Assembly: GCA_965285935.1 (NCBI GenBank)
Contig: OZ260661.1
Location: 41,168,001 to 41,232,000, forward strand
Direction of reading: 5' to 3'
DNA length: 64,000 nucleotides
Origin: Ophelia neglecta
Taxonomy: Eukaryota
Positions 30,921 through 45,400 of the stretch are shown piece after piece. The notes beneath the pieces were generated by a model that saw nothing but the letters and a program-made list of their open reading frames with translations, made no database searches and was not told the origin of the DNA. Every line of letters begins with the position of its first letter. The first letter of the stretch is position 1. The position numbers were made by a program, and so were the translations under genes.

Positions 30921-33476
30921 TTCTGTGATAAACTGATTACCATAAACTGCAATCAATTAATGGAGAATTTATATCAGATGACGTTATGTACATGAGACTA
31001 TGTGAGAGGAACACCAAGTGAACAATCACCGATGTTTAAATGCACTTTAGTCAGGACTTTAGTCCAGCAATGGAAACACGGTGATATAATGTGCATAAGT
31101 CCGTGTGAAAGGAAAAAAAGAGTGTTAGAGGTAACATGTACTTAAAAGCAAGGGTATCTTGATCTGTGATAAAATGTGATTAGTTAGTGTGGTTAGTGAA
31201 TTTAAGGATTTCGAAGAAACATTTGAAAGCACCTAGCAAATACTTTATTTTGTCTGTGATTTTTGAAAGAATGCCAAACCCTCGCCTTCTCTTCCCACAC
31301 CTAGATACAGATTTCCTCTTGACTATTTTAATACATGAACATGTATCAATTTTAGTGTTCTTAATGCACAAATAATTTGTACAGTAAAACCGCTTCCAAT
31401 TATATCTGTTTTTATCATGAAATAGTATGAAATGAATTATTCACTAGCACTCCTTTCTTAATACTATATACATATTTTGATATATCATGGTCGCCGTCAC
31501 GGCTGACTAGTGTCCTATTTATTTATATTTTCACACATATTGGCACTTGCATAAGTCTTTTACATTCAATGTATCATGTTTTGCTCAAAATAAATTTATA
31601 TGATTTTACTAGTTTTGACATTCTATGGTGTTTGGGATTCCCATGGTTACACTGCTAGCTTGCTCTGTCTGACAAGCTATCTAACCCTTGATTGGTAAGC
31701 TTGGGCTTAGAAACAAATATCATGGCAACTAAAAAATGTGCAAGTACGTATCCACGTGTTTTAATTTTAAATTTGGCTTAAATTTTATTTTTATTTATAT
31801 TCAAACTCCATGTCATTCTTTCCCTGAATATTGACCGATGTTGGCATAATCATTCTATGGTTTAACGTATGAAAGGTCAAAGCACAAATATTGTAGTTCC
31901 AAAAAGCAAGAACAATGTGGGAATGACAATAACAACACAATCATCAAAAAGATCAGTTTTACCATTTTGTCGGTGTCTAAGGATTGCAGTAAACAGAGTA
32001 ACATACCGTATTCTGACAATTGTTTAACCTTTAATAGGTCTCTCCCAATTGACAATAACAGCATAGTCAAAGGGATTTTATTGGTCAACATACCATTTGA
32101 AAGGCATGACTATTTTTTGTATTTGTTTAGATGCCACTTGCTGCGGGTAATTACATTCCTATGTCCGGAGGCGGGTGGGTCTTATGGGTGCTGTGTGTCT
32201 TGAGGAGGGTGGGTGCTGTGACAAAAAGTATTCAAGGGTCCGAGGCATCATTATTTTTCAAAGGGCATACTTCACCGCCAATTCACCAAAAGTAAACAAA
32301 TAAGATGCAAAAGCCAAAGGCAAATTGCAAATCCTCTAAGGAGCCTATCTTGGCATAATCCTCTGTGAATCTTAGATTAAGGAATAGGCCTCTGTCGTTG
32401 TCCAGGAATGTTAATAAGTGGAATAAGGTTTTGGGTGAACAAAAGCTCTTGGGCCTAAAGGTATAGCTGAAATTGTTGGCCAGATAGCCGGCGGTTTCAA
32501 TTTGTACCTCTGGCTGACAAAGAAAATAGAAACAGGAATAATAGCATACTCGTTTTTTCCTGTCATCAAAACATAAATGCATTTCAATGCTGTTTTCTAA
32601 GAGTTAATATTAAAGCAGCGTAACAAAGAAGGATGCATATTTTCTTTTCCCTTTCTTTAAGGAGAGGGGGGGGGGGGCTAAGTTTGTTTTTACAAATGTA
32701 CTTAGTCTTATTTGCCCTCCACCCGACCCCCTCACCTCACCTCCCGGCCTTTATTAGAGCATAGATGTACATGTACAACACCCAAGTGACATAACAATAT
32801 TTTTAGTTCCGCAAGGAAATAAGTACGAAGTCGACTTGATCGCGATGGGGGGGGGGGGGGTGCTCCTCCTTTGCCTGTCTTGGCGTACATCTGCTTAACT
32901 TCGGGTAAAGCATGGCCAAACTTCGTGCACCAAAAATGAAGCTTATGCGTGATTTATTTGATTTATCTTGTATTGTAACCTGTAAAAGCTTAAACATATA
33001 TATACTTAAAAAAATAGAATTATTAGATGTATAATGGGCAAGACACTTGTTTTTTCAACGATTTGATCTAATCGATAAAACAAGTCCATATTTCACGATA
33101 AGATCACACTAGAAAAAAATCTCACCCAAGTATAAGTGGTTATATGTTATGAGAAAAATGAACCTAAGGTTAAGCGATTGGACTTTATTGATAAATAAAG
33201 ATCAGAGCTAAACCTAAAATCATGTTTACGTGATGTATTTCCAGGTATTTCTTGTGATTCAATTTAGGTTCGCAAAGTTAGGCAATGCGCGAAGTTAGGC
33301 GGCCTTCCCCTATTGACCGGCTCTTTATCCGTCAGGCTGTTCTCTACCTAGATCTTAACACATATCTCAGGTGAAACGACTAAACCAGCAGGTGGCACTT
33401 TAGTTCTTTTACTCATTGATATATGCCCAGAACAATTAGATATGTAAATTTAGGCCTACACGGGATTCGTGTGTTC

Positions 33477-33730
33477 GGGGGAATTCCCTTGAGCACAATC
33501 ATGACGTCTTTTTCACCAAAACTTATCAAGCTCGTGTCTGGCCACATTATGTTTATTTATTGGCCGACGTCAGACTTGGGAGGCATGATTACAGGTCATG
33601 TTGAAACCGATCAATAGCCTACTTACTGTTATTTACATATGTCGATGTGTACGACGACACGTGGAAGTACCAGCGTATATAGGCCTACATGTATATATGT
33701 ATAAACATTAAAATTTGCCAAGATATAAAA
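33477..33730 (+). promoter_or_regulatory. Promoter module of ARF copy 3
   Basis: Perfect palindromic kB site GGGAATTCCC 33479-33488, ATGACGTC 33501-33508, GACACGTGGAAG 33656-33667, TATAAAA 33724-33730. Confidence 0.75.
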
Positions 33731-33865
33731 CCACACAAACCGAGAACCCAAACCGCATTGGCTATATATGAAACGTTAAGTAAGATCGACACAAGCTTTT
33801 TTACGGTTGAAAATTAGGTTGTACGCACGTTTTATACAAAATAATACTGTTTTCTATGTGAAATA

Positions 33866-35511
33866 ATGGGGGTGTTTTTATCTAAGTTATCCTCCCTGTT
33901 CGAGGCGTTTTCTGCCGGTCAGCCGTCCCGGATTGTTATGCTCGGTTTAGATGCTGCCGGTAAGTCTCATAACTAATATAGTTGTACATGTAACCTACAC
34001 TGATTATACTTTTATTGATGAGTGACATTTAAAATAACTTTAAATCTCAGTGGTTCACAGAGACCTACTTTAAACTAAAAAAATAAAATCACAAGTTTGA
34101 AGTGGCATATAGTCGACTTATCAAGGAGTCCCTATATAGATCGAGTGATATTTTTTAATCAACCTTGATTCAAATTTAAGTGATTAGTTTGGTTCATGCA
34201 TACTAATAAATGTGATATTTTATGCATTATCACTTGGACTACATTTGATATTATCGTATTTTTTTTTATTTGTTTATAAAATTGACTGACGGTGGCCAAA
34301 TTTTTTCATAGTAAAACTATTCCTTATATATAGTCTAGGGTATATGCCTACACCATGTAGTACTGGCTGTTTGTACCTGAATATTTAAATATGCATTTAT
34401 TTATTATCTAACCAGGTAAAACCACCATCTTGTACAAGATCAAACTGAACGAGAACGTGAGCACCATCCCGACGATCGGGTTCAATGTAGAGACTGTGTC
34501 TCCCGTCAAAGGTGTTACCTTCACTGTCTGGGACGTCGGCGGACAGGAGAAAATCAGAAGACTCTGGCAATATTATTACCAACATACTGACGGTAAGAAA
34601 ACATCTCGATTGATAGGCAATTATATAGCTTCAAATGCATTTATTTTTTGGAGCCACAAGTTTGTAAATTGGAAATATTACTAGACACCCCACACATCCT
34701 TTACTCAACACAATATAAGGTCAATTAACCTGGAAAAGGTTTAGTAGCAATTCAAATGTGTTAATTGGTCATTTCTATAGGCCAAGACAAGAAACAAACT
34801 GAATGAAGAAGGCCAAATGCTTCAATAATGAAAATGTGTACAGACAGGTTTAATTCTGCTGTTTATGAATAAGAGTGGCATTTGAAATATCCCCCTTAAT
34901 TTTGAATAAGAGAAAAATACCGGGTTCAAGCATAAAACAGTTTATTTTTGATTGGCCTGCAATTCACGTTGGCAGGCAATAACATTCTGATGTATACAAA
35001 AATCCAGTAATGGACTGGATTTTGTAATGATTCAAATGTGGAAAGATTTTTTGGCCTGGCGATCGGTTACACCTCACTGCACCGCAGTACTAGTTGCGCC
35101 ATAGCGGTCAGTTTGTGAAACAATATATTGATCACGACAAAAGTGGTCATTTTAGAAACTACAGACTGGCAGGAGATCTACACTCTCACATACGTTTATT
35201 GTTTATTTTCAGGTTTGATATTTGTTGTAGACAGTAATGACCGAGAGCGTGTGTCAGAGGCCCAGGAGGAGCTATTTGGAATCCTACAGAGTGACGAGAT
35301 GAGAGGAGTCCCCGTCTGTGTCATCGCCAACAAACAAGATCTACCTAACGCCATGTCTCCGTCAGAACTCATAGATAAACTCTGTCTACGGAAACTGGAC
35401 GGTCACAAGTGGCACGTCCAGGGAGCATGCGCCGTCAGCGGCGAAGGAATATACGAATCTATGGAATCACTTTCCAGTTTAGTTAAGGAATTTATAAAAT
35501 CGCGAAGATGA
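33866..35511 (+). CDS. ADP-ribosylation factor family small GTPase, copy 3 (189 aa)
   Basis: Exons 33866-33959, 34416-34592, 35213-35511. [35 protein letters not shown]...KEFIKSRR. Confidence 0.95.
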
Positions 35512-38479
35512 ATATTGAATATGTTGTACCATTTGTGAAGTTATTACTATGCCACTAAACATTTGACTATATGGGGGTATAAGGCATGTGTGCAGACCAG
35601 TCTTTAGCTATAGAAAAATTGACACCGTGGTAATTTTATGTCATTGGTGTTACTGTTACAGCCTCATTTACAAAGAAAAGTTTAAATTATAACTTGCTCA
35701 ATTGGCCTATTCATTGTAATAGCTCAAGAGTACTGGGCCCTATGTACAGTGTGTTTGTGATCAGTATTTATTTGTAAATATTACGGTAAACCGCTAAAAA
35801 GAAATGTTTGGAATATATTATATATACAACGTTTGTTTTCTAAAACTGATTAATTATATTTTGTACTTTTGTAATCAGTTTAATGTGAATTTGTATTTAT
35901 TTTGTCAATAAAAGTTTAATTTCAAACCTGAAAAATAAATCCAATTAATTCTGTTATTCTATAAAAGCGTTCCTGCCTATTGTTATACCAAAATACAGAG
36001 GGTCGCGACTCAATTAGATTTAATAATATCCAGATCAATCCTTGAATTTTTCCCATTGAAAAGCCACGGGACGCATCCGTGGAAGCTTCCATTATCTGAA
36101 AATCATTCATGATAGGCTACATCCTTATAACACAATCTTTAAAAGGCACGTAGATGTATTTTCCAGTTCGTCTGCTGAAAATTTGATTCATAGCGCGAAT
36201 TCATTAATATTACAGTATAATTATTGATGAATGCTAGATAATAATTTTCTTTCTAGCGTTTTTATTTGCAGCGACATAGGTTATAGAACTAAGTTTCTGT
36301 GCAAGTTTTGATCAAGTCGATCTTCCCGGAAATCCCCTATTATTGTCCACTTTAAAAGATTGAAAAAACAAGGAATAGAGAACCAAATAAAAGTTGAGTA
36401 ATATTGTGTTAAATGTGAGTTACACATGACAGGCTTAAACGGATTGTTGTGTCGTTGTATCTGACTGCATATGAGGAATTACAAGCCGGTATGAAAAGCT
36501 ATCAACACTGATAATGGCGGCTGAGAGAACGGCTTCCGGTGCACTGTAAAAGTCTATAACTAGCAGTGACCCGTGGGTAAGCAAGGTGAATGTGTCAGAG
36601 GTGCATTTAAGCAGGAAGTGTGTTTGAAGAAAGCATTTTGATCAGCGACTAACAAAGGTGAGAAAAAAAGTGTAAAACTAAGAAACTACTCCATTCATTC
36701 AAGGGGTGCAAGTCACACTGTCGCAATACGAAATATAGCTTATGCCAACGCATGTTATCTTTAAATGGATGACAAATAACCCCATCCCCAACTCTCCTTG
36801 TTAACGAACCACGTAATAATTTTACCAAGAGGGGATTAGACAAATTTATTGATTCATGGTTAAAAACATAAAATGCCGCTTCCTAGCACAATGTTTGATT
36901 TGCTAACATCACTACCCTAAACCCGCCATAGAGTCCGCCTTTATCCACTCCTGCCCCGCACCCACTGATCATTCTTGTGCACACCGCCCTCCCATTCATT
37001 CCTGGCTCCTCCTCTCGCTCTAGACCCCCTTTCCTCCCTCTCCAGCCCCTTCCAATTCCAGCCTTGGCACACTCCCACTCCAGCCTCCCTCACCCCGCCC
37101 CCGCCCCTCCTTTACACCGTTTTAACAAATAGAATACATGCTATCCAAATATATATAGGCATTACTGGCACCGCAGTCTTACGCTTAGTTTTATAATGTT
37201 TGTAAGTGCTCGTAACTTCCACTGACCCGGCATGCATCTATCGCGGAAAAACATATGCAGCAAAGTCGGCTTGCAGTTAGGTAGTGAGGCTGTGTGCTGG
37301 TTGGGTCTTGTAGGGAGGCAGTAAGGCTGTGCGCTGGTTATGTCTTACAGTGGGGCAGTCTTTTCTTCTTAATTTTAATTAAATCAATGCTCCCTTGACC
37401 TAAGCGCCACATGTGCTAATTAGGTCGTCTCGTCTCCTTGAGGAATACATATATATGCCGCTTTGACTTCATACCGTTTTAAAATCTCTCGTGTTGATAA
37501 AATATATAAATACGCGATAAAATTGAATGATTACCCGACCAAATACCTCTATCCAAATATGGTGAACGCTTGCTAAATGCGCAGAGCTATATATCATGAG
37601 ATTTAGACCTATGAGTCTTACCAAACAGCCTCAGTTGTTTACGACATTTGACGGAAAGCAACGTTGGCAGAAGACAAAAATTAAAATTCGCAGACAGGCA
37701 TTATTAAAACCTTTATATCGCACCGAACGCTTAAAAATGTGGATCCAGACGGTTGGAATTTAAGGCCGTGGATTTTCAAAATTTGGGGGCGAACCGTTTG
37801 TAATTCGCTGAGAACCTGGCGACATAATTGCATATTATCATATGTATAGCCCCTATAAATTATAGTCGCAATGTGGGCTACAGTAATAAAGGATTAGGTC
37901 GCCCACGCCTCTGTTTTTGTCGCAGTGGGCGAGTGGACGACCGTATAAATTCAGTATTTATCTTTAATGATTAGTTTACAGGTTAAAACCCAGCATAAAG
38001 TAATATGTCTAAACAAACAGTATAATCCTATTACAGTTATTAAAATTAGTGGATGAAAAAACATAAGCAACTGAAATGGTTATAAAGATAAAAGCATCAG
38101 CCTAGACCCCTTTTAATATTTCCAATTGTGTTTCTGTTAAGGGAACAATAATATTTAGATAAAAATAATACTATAATATGTACATTTCATTTGTTTCTGA
38201 AAAAAGTCAGGGGAACTCGGTGTATATAATGTCCAAAACTACGAGGACAATTTTTTAGAGACCATTCTTTATACAGAATAACCCTATTAGTGTTTTTCCA
38301 AGGGGTCCTGTTAAATCAAATCAAAATTAAAAGAAGCCTTAATAACATAGCCTTTAGATCTAGATATATATTATATTAACTTAACCCGGCGCTGAGTTAG
38401 GTATTATATTCATGATCGAAGGTGTATGCATAAGACCCACATGGCATATAGCCAGGATGTCTAAACACGTATACCTGAA

Positions 38480-38580
38480 TGACTCACTACCAAATTTATA
38501 GTAGGCCTATCGGCTGCCTTAAAATACTTTGTGAAGGAGGAACTCCCAACTAATGACGTCATTAGCTCCACCGTGGATCT
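38480..38580 (+). promoter_or_regulatory. Upstream module of ARF copy 4 (duplicated at 45481-45580 for copy 6)
   Basis: AP-1 site TGACTCA 38480-38486, kB-like GGAACTCCC 38539-38547, 16-bp palindrome CTAATGACGTCATTAG containing a CRE at 38550-38565, then CTCCACCGTGGA. Confidence 0.65.
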
Positions 38581-38923
38581 AACTGCAAAGCTATGACCAG
38601 CAAACCTATCGATTGGGTTATACACGCAAGAAAAGCCACTAATGGCTAGGGCAAGGATGTCAGCAGATTTTTAGCTGGTGTAATACTTGATGATGTGTCG
38701 TCTACCACAAGGCCGATGTAGTATATATTAATGCAAGAAGGCAATATACAAAATAAAACGACATCGAATTGTGAGACTGATACATCGATAGAGGCTATAT
38801 ATACATTTAATTGAACTGGTTAGTAAACTTAACATTGAAATTCTTTTTTGTGTGGAGAAATTCATCAAACTGTGCCCGAAAAATCCCTTGTTTTGGTTTA
38901 TTTGAAAGAAAGTCCGTATAAAC

Positions 38924-39884
38924 ATGGGATTTTATTTGTCCAAACTCCTGGAGTCATTTTATTCCGGAGGTGAGCCGGCCAGAATTTTGATGCTAGGATT
39001 GGACGCAGCAGGGAAGACAACCATCCTCTACAAGGTAAAGTTGAACGAGACGGTCACGTCCATACCGACCATCGGCTTTAACGTGGAGACAGTCACACCG
39101 TGTAAGGGACTGACATTTACCGTCTGGGACATCGGGGGACAAGGCAAAATCAGACAACTGTGGAAACGATATTACGAGGGGACTAAAGGTAAAGATTATA
39201 TCGCCGCTATACGTGATCTTAATATAGACCTAATTTATTAGTCTTTTAATCAGGCATCGATCTTCATTGACCATTTGTTATACTCAATAGGCAGTTTTCA
39301 TGTTTAGAAAGATTCTAACAGGTCGATTTTGCAAGCCAGCGACATATATGTTCAGGTCTATTTACAATCAAATCTTGTTTAAATTATCTTTTTATTAATT
39401 ATATCAAAAATCATTAATGCAAAGTGACTGAGTTTTCTATAATGCCAATAATATCTACTGTGGTTGAATGGTGACTAAAGACAAGCCTGCAAAGAACTAT
39501 AATAATATTGTTTTTGGTGTGCTTAGTATATCATATATAAGCTAGGGTAATTAATTTTATTCTTATCGGTTTTTTTTTGCCGTCATAGGTCTTCTGTATG
39601 TCGTTGACAGCACAGATACGGAAAGACTGTCGGAGACAAAGGAAGAACTCTTCGCAATTCTAGACAGTGAGGAGATGAGAGGTGTGCCTGCCTTGATAAT
39701 CGCCAACAAACAGGACTTACCCAATGCTTTGAGCCCCGCCAAGTTGATAGACAGGTTAAACTTGAGAAATATCGTTGGGCATAAATGGCATATACAGGGG
39801 TCTTGTGCAACCACTGGAGAAGGGGTGTTTGAATCGATGGAGTATCTCGCGAGAATGGTTAAAGAATTCGATCGGGAACACTAA
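38924..39884 (+). CDS. ADP-ribosylation factor family small GTPase, copy 4 (divergent type, 2 exons, 186 aa)
   Basis: Exons 38924-39188 and 39589-39884. [50 protein letters not shown]...KEFDREH. Confidence 0.95.
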
Positions 39885-40834
39885 CAAATTATGTAAAGAG
39901 ACTGCAAGAAGAAGAAAGAAACAGGATGATCTATAGAGACATCCGGATTTACGCCTTGTTCAAGATTTCATGCTTCTGGAGTTGGCAAGACTTTGGTTAA
40001 ATTATTCGCCTTTAAGACTGCTTTGAACTATAAAGGCGGAAGGTCATCCACTTGTATCTATGGACTCGGATTCCTGTGATGATAGTCTCAGGACGGAGCG
40101 CATGACGCTGGAACGTCATGCAGATTTGAAACAAGCGTATTGACCCCCTTCTAACGCACTTGCTCTTCTTTTACAGGTCTCAAAAAGACTATGACAAAAC
40201 CCCATACTGGTGTCAAAATGCAAGTTTGTAGTGGTATATTGAAATATATGTATATATATATTATGATTTATTTTTCTTTTGATCTTTAAAGCTGTATTAG
40301 AATCTATCCATTTTCTAGGATATTCCATGCATTTTAAATGAGGTACATTGTGAAATTCATATTATAGGTAAATATATAAAGAGCCTTTTGTATACAGTTT
40401 GTTTTTACTTCTGCGTTTTGTTATATTTTGCGTATCGTCAATAGAAGCTGCGTCAAGTTGTTTCCGGTTTCCTGTTCGACATTCATAACTTATTAGGGAC
40501 AAGTGCCTGATACCCTATTCATTATTCGTTATTTTATAGGGATCAAATTACGTCCTGTATCTTTATTCGATGTTTGTTACTTATAAGGATCATTTTACTT
40601 CCCATTTTTACCTAATCGAAATTCCTTATCTATTCGAATAAACAGAAAAAGGGGGTGGATTCCAGGCAAAATTATTAGGCAAGAATATTCCATTAAATCG
40701 ACCCGAAACCTTTAGGAACCACCAGCCACAGGCAAACGGAAACGTTAAGTAAGATCGACACAAGCTTGTTTACGGTTGAAAATTAGGTTGTACGCACGTT
40801 TTATACAAAATAATACTGTTTTCTATGTGAAACA

Positions 40835-42481
40835 ATGGGGGTGTTTTTATCTAAGTTATCCTCCCTGTTCGAGGCGTTTTCTTCCGGTCAGCCGTCCCGG
40901 ATTGTTATGCTCGGTTTAGATGCTGCCGGTAAGTCTCATAACTAATATAGTTGTACATGTAACCGACACTGATTATACTTTTATTGATGAGTGACATTTA
41001 AAATAACTTTAAATCTCAGTGGTTCACAGAGACCTACTTTAAACTAAAAAAAATATAAAATCACAAGTTTGAAGTGGCATATAGTCGACTTATCAAGGAG
41101 TCCCTATATAGATCGAGTGATATTTTTTAATCAACCTTGATTCAAATTTAAGTGATTAGTTTGGTTCATGCAAACTAATAAATGTGATATTTTATGCATT
41201 ATCACTTGGACTACATTTGATATTATCGTAATTTTTTTTATTTGTTTATAAAATTGACTGACGGTGGCCAAATTTTTTCATAGTAAAACTATTCCTTATA
41301 TATAGTCTAGGGTATATGCTTACACCATGTAGTACTGGCTGTTTGTACCTGAATATTTAAATATGCATTTATTTATTATCTAACCAGGTAAAACAACCAT
41401 CTTGTACAAGATCAAACTGAACGAGAACGTGAGCACCATCCCGACGATCGGGTTCAATGTAGAGACTGTGTCTCCCGTCAAAGGTGTTACCTTCACTGTC
41501 TGGGACGTCGGCGGACAGGAGAAAATCAGAAGACTCTGGCAATATTATTACCAACATACTGACGGTAAGAAAACATCTCGATTGATAGGCAATTATATAG
41601 CTTCAAATGCATTTATTTTTTGGAGCCACAAGTTTGTAAATTGGAAATATTACTAGACACCCCACACATCCTTTACTCAACACAATAAGGTCAATTAACC
41701 TGGAAAAGGTTTAGTAGCAATTCAAATGTGTGAATTGGTCATTTCTATGGGCCAAGACAAGACACAAACTGAATGAAGAAGGCCAAATGCTTCAATAATG
41801 AAAATGTGTACAGACAGGTTTAATTCTGCTGTTTTTGAATAAGAGTGGCATTTGAAATATCCCCCTTAATTTTGAATAAGAGAAAAATACCGTGTTCTAG
41901 CATAAAACAGTTTATTTTTGATTGGCATGCAATTCACGTTGGCAGGCAATAACATTCTGATGTATACAAAAATCCAGTAATGGACTGGGTTTTGTAATGA
42001 TTCAAATGTGGAATGATTTTTTGGCCTGGCGATCGGTTACACCTCACTGCACCGCAGTACTAGTTGCGCCATAGCGGTCAGTGTGGGAAACAATATATTG
42101 ATCACGACAAAAGTGGTCATTTTAGAAACTACAGACTGGCAGGAGATCTACACTCTCACATACGTTTATTGTTTATTTTCAGGTTTGATATTTGTTGTAG
42201 ACAGTAATGACCGAGAGCGTGTGTCAGAGGCCCAGGAGGAGCTATTTGGAATCCTACAGAGTGACGAGATGAGAGGAGTCCCCGTCTGTGTCATCGCCAA
42301 CAAACAAGATCTACCTAACGCCATGTCTCCATCAGAACTCATAGATAAACTCTGTCTACGGAAACTGGACGGTCACAAGTGGCACGTCCAGGGAGCATGC
42401 GCAGTCAACGGCGAAGGAATATACGAATCTATGGAATCACTTTCCAGTTTAGTTAAGGAATTTATAAAATCGCGAAGATGA
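40835..42481 (+). CDS. ADP-ribosylation factor family small GTPase, copy 5 (duplicate of copy 3; ORF intact, upstream promoter not duplicated)
   Basis: Exons 40835-40928, 41388-41564, 42183-42481. Differs from copy 3 at FSSGQ vs FSAGQ and CAVNG vs CAVSG. Confidence 0.88.
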
Positions 42482-45400
42482 ATATTGAATATGTTGTACC
42501 ATTTGTGAAGTTATTACTATGTGTTACATTTGACTATATGGGGGTATAAGGCATGTGTACGGACCAGTCTTCAGCTATAGAAAAATTGACACCGTGGTAA
42601 TTTTATATCATTGGTGTTACTGTTACAGCTTCATTTACAAAGAAAAGTTTAAATTATAACTTGCTCAATTGGCCTATTCTTTGTAATAGATCAAGAATAC
42701 TGGGCCCTATGTACAGTGTGTTTGTGATTAGTATTTATTTGTAAATATTACGGTAAACCGCTAAAAAGAAATGTTTGGAATATATTATTTATACAACGTT
42801 TGTTTTCTAAAACTGATTAATTATATTTTGTACTTTTGTAATCAGTTTAATGTGAATTTGTATTAATTTTGTCAATAAAAGTTTAATTTCAAACCTGAAA
42901 AATAAATCCAATTAATTCTGTTATTCTATAAAAGCGTTCCTGCCTATTGTTATACCAAAATACAGAGGGTCGCGACTCAATTAGATTTAATAATATCCAG
43001 ATCAATCCTTAAATTTTTCCCATTGAAAAGCCACGGGACGCATCCGTGGAAGCTTCCATTATCTGAAAATCATTCATGATAGGCTACATCCTTATAACAC
43101 AATCTTTAAAAGGCACGTAGATGTATTTTCCAGTTTGTCTGCTGAAAATTTGATTCATAGCGCGAATTCATTAATATTACAGTATAATTATTGATGAATG
43201 CTAGATAATAATTTTCTTTCTGGCGTTTTTATTTGCAGCGACATAGGTTATAGAACTAAGTTTCTGTGCAAGTTTTGATCAAGTCGATCTTCCCGGAAAT
43301 CCCCTATTATTGTCCACTTTAAAAGATTGAAAAAACAAGGAATAGAGAACCAAATACCCGTTAAAGTTGAGTAATATTGTGTTAAATGTGAGTTACACAT
43401 GACAGGCTTAAACGGATTGTTGTGTCGTTGTATCTGACTGCATATGAGGAATTACAAGCCGGTATGAAAAGCTATCAACACTGATAATGGCGGCTGAGAG
43501 AACGGCTTCCGGTGCACTGTAAAAGTCTATAACTAGCAGTGACCCGTGGGTAAGCAAGGTGAATGTGTCAGAGGTGCATTTAAGTAGGAAGTGTGTTTGA
43601 AGAAAGCATTTTGATCAGCGACTAACAAAGGTGAGAAAAAAAGTGTAAAACTAAGAAACTATTCCATTCATTCAAGGGGTGCAAGTCACACTGTCGCAAT
43701 ACGAAATATAGCTTATGCCAACGCATGTTGTCTTTAAATGGATGACAAATAACCCCATCCCCAACTCTCCTTGTTAACGAACCACGTAATAATTTTACCA
43801 AGAGGGGATTAGACAAATTTATTGATTCATGGTTAAAAACATAAAATGCAGCTTCCTAGCACAATGTTTGATTTGCTAACATCACTACCCTAAACCCGCC
43901 ATAGAGTCCGCCTTCATCCACTCCTGCCCCGCACCCACTGATCATTCTTGTGCACACCGCCCTCCCATTCATTCCTGGCTCCTCCTCTCGCTCTAGACCC
44001 CCTTTCCTCCCTCTCCAGCCCTTTCCAATTCCAGCCTTGGCACACTCCCACTCCAGCCTCCCCCACCCCGCCCCCGCCCCTCCTTTACACCGTTTTAACA
44101 AATAGAATACATGCTATCCAAATATATATAGGCCTTACTGGCACCGCAGTCTTACGCTTAGTTTTATAATGTTTGTAAGTGCTCGTAACTCCCACTGACC
44201 CGGCATGCATCTATCGCGGAAAAACATATGCAGCAGAGTCGGCTTGCAGTAGGTAGTGAGGCTGTGTGCTGGTTGGGTCTTGCAGGGAGGCAGTGAGGCT
44301 GTGCGCTGGTTATGTCTTACAGTGGGGCAGTCTTTTCTTCTTAATTTTAATTAAATTGTAATAAAATAGTATATGCTCCCTTGACCTAAGCGCCACTTGT
44401 GCTAATTAGGTCGTCTCGTCTCCTTGAGGAATACATATATATGCCGCTTTGACTTCATACCGTTTTAAAATCTCTCGTGTTGATAAAATATATAAATACG
44501 CGATAAAATTGAATGATTACCCGACCAAATACCTCTATCCAAATATGGTGAACGCTTGCTAAATGCGCAGAGCTATATATCATGAGATTTAGACCTATGA
44601 GTCTTACCAAACAGCCTCAGTTGTTTACGACATTTGACGGAAGGCAACGTTGGCAGAAGACAAAAATTAAAATTCGCAGACATGCATTATTAAAACCTTT
44701 ATATCGCACCGAACGCTTAAAAATGTGGATCCAGACGGTTGGAATTTAAGGCCGTGGATTTTCAAAATTTGGGGCGAACCGTTTGTAATTCGCTGAGAAC
44801 CTGGCGACATAATTGCATATTATCATATGTATAGCCCCTATAAATTATAGTCGCAATGTGGGCTACAGTAATAAAGGATTAGGTCGCCCACGCCTCTGTT
44901 TTTGTCGCAGTGGGCGAGTGGACGACATTCTAAATTCAGTATTTATCTTTAATGATTAGTTTACAGGTTAAAACCCAGCATAAAGTAATAAGTAAAGTAG
45001 AAGTAAAGTCTAAACAAACAGTATAATCCTATTACAGTTATTAAAATTAGTGGATGAAAAAACAAAAGCAACTGAAATGGTTATAAAGATAAAAGCATCA
45101 GCCTAGACCCCTTTTAATATTTCCAATTGTGTTCCTGTTAAGGGAACAATAATATTTAGATACAAATAATACTATAATATGTACATTTCATTTGTTTCTG
45201 AAAAAAGTCAGGGGAACTCGGTGTATATAATGTCCAAAACTACGAGGACAATTTTTTAGAGACCATTCTTTATACAGAATAACCCTATTAGTGTTTTTCC
45301 AAGGGGTCCTGTTAAATCAAATCAAAATTAAAAGAAGCCTTAATAACATAGCCTTTAGATCTAGATATATATTATATTAACTTAACCCGGCGCTGAGCTA

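Noticed and set aside
36900-37200. Pro-rich ORF (and its duplicate at 43948-44169)
   Set aside because: Low-complexity C-rich tract with a non-ATG start and no homology signal.
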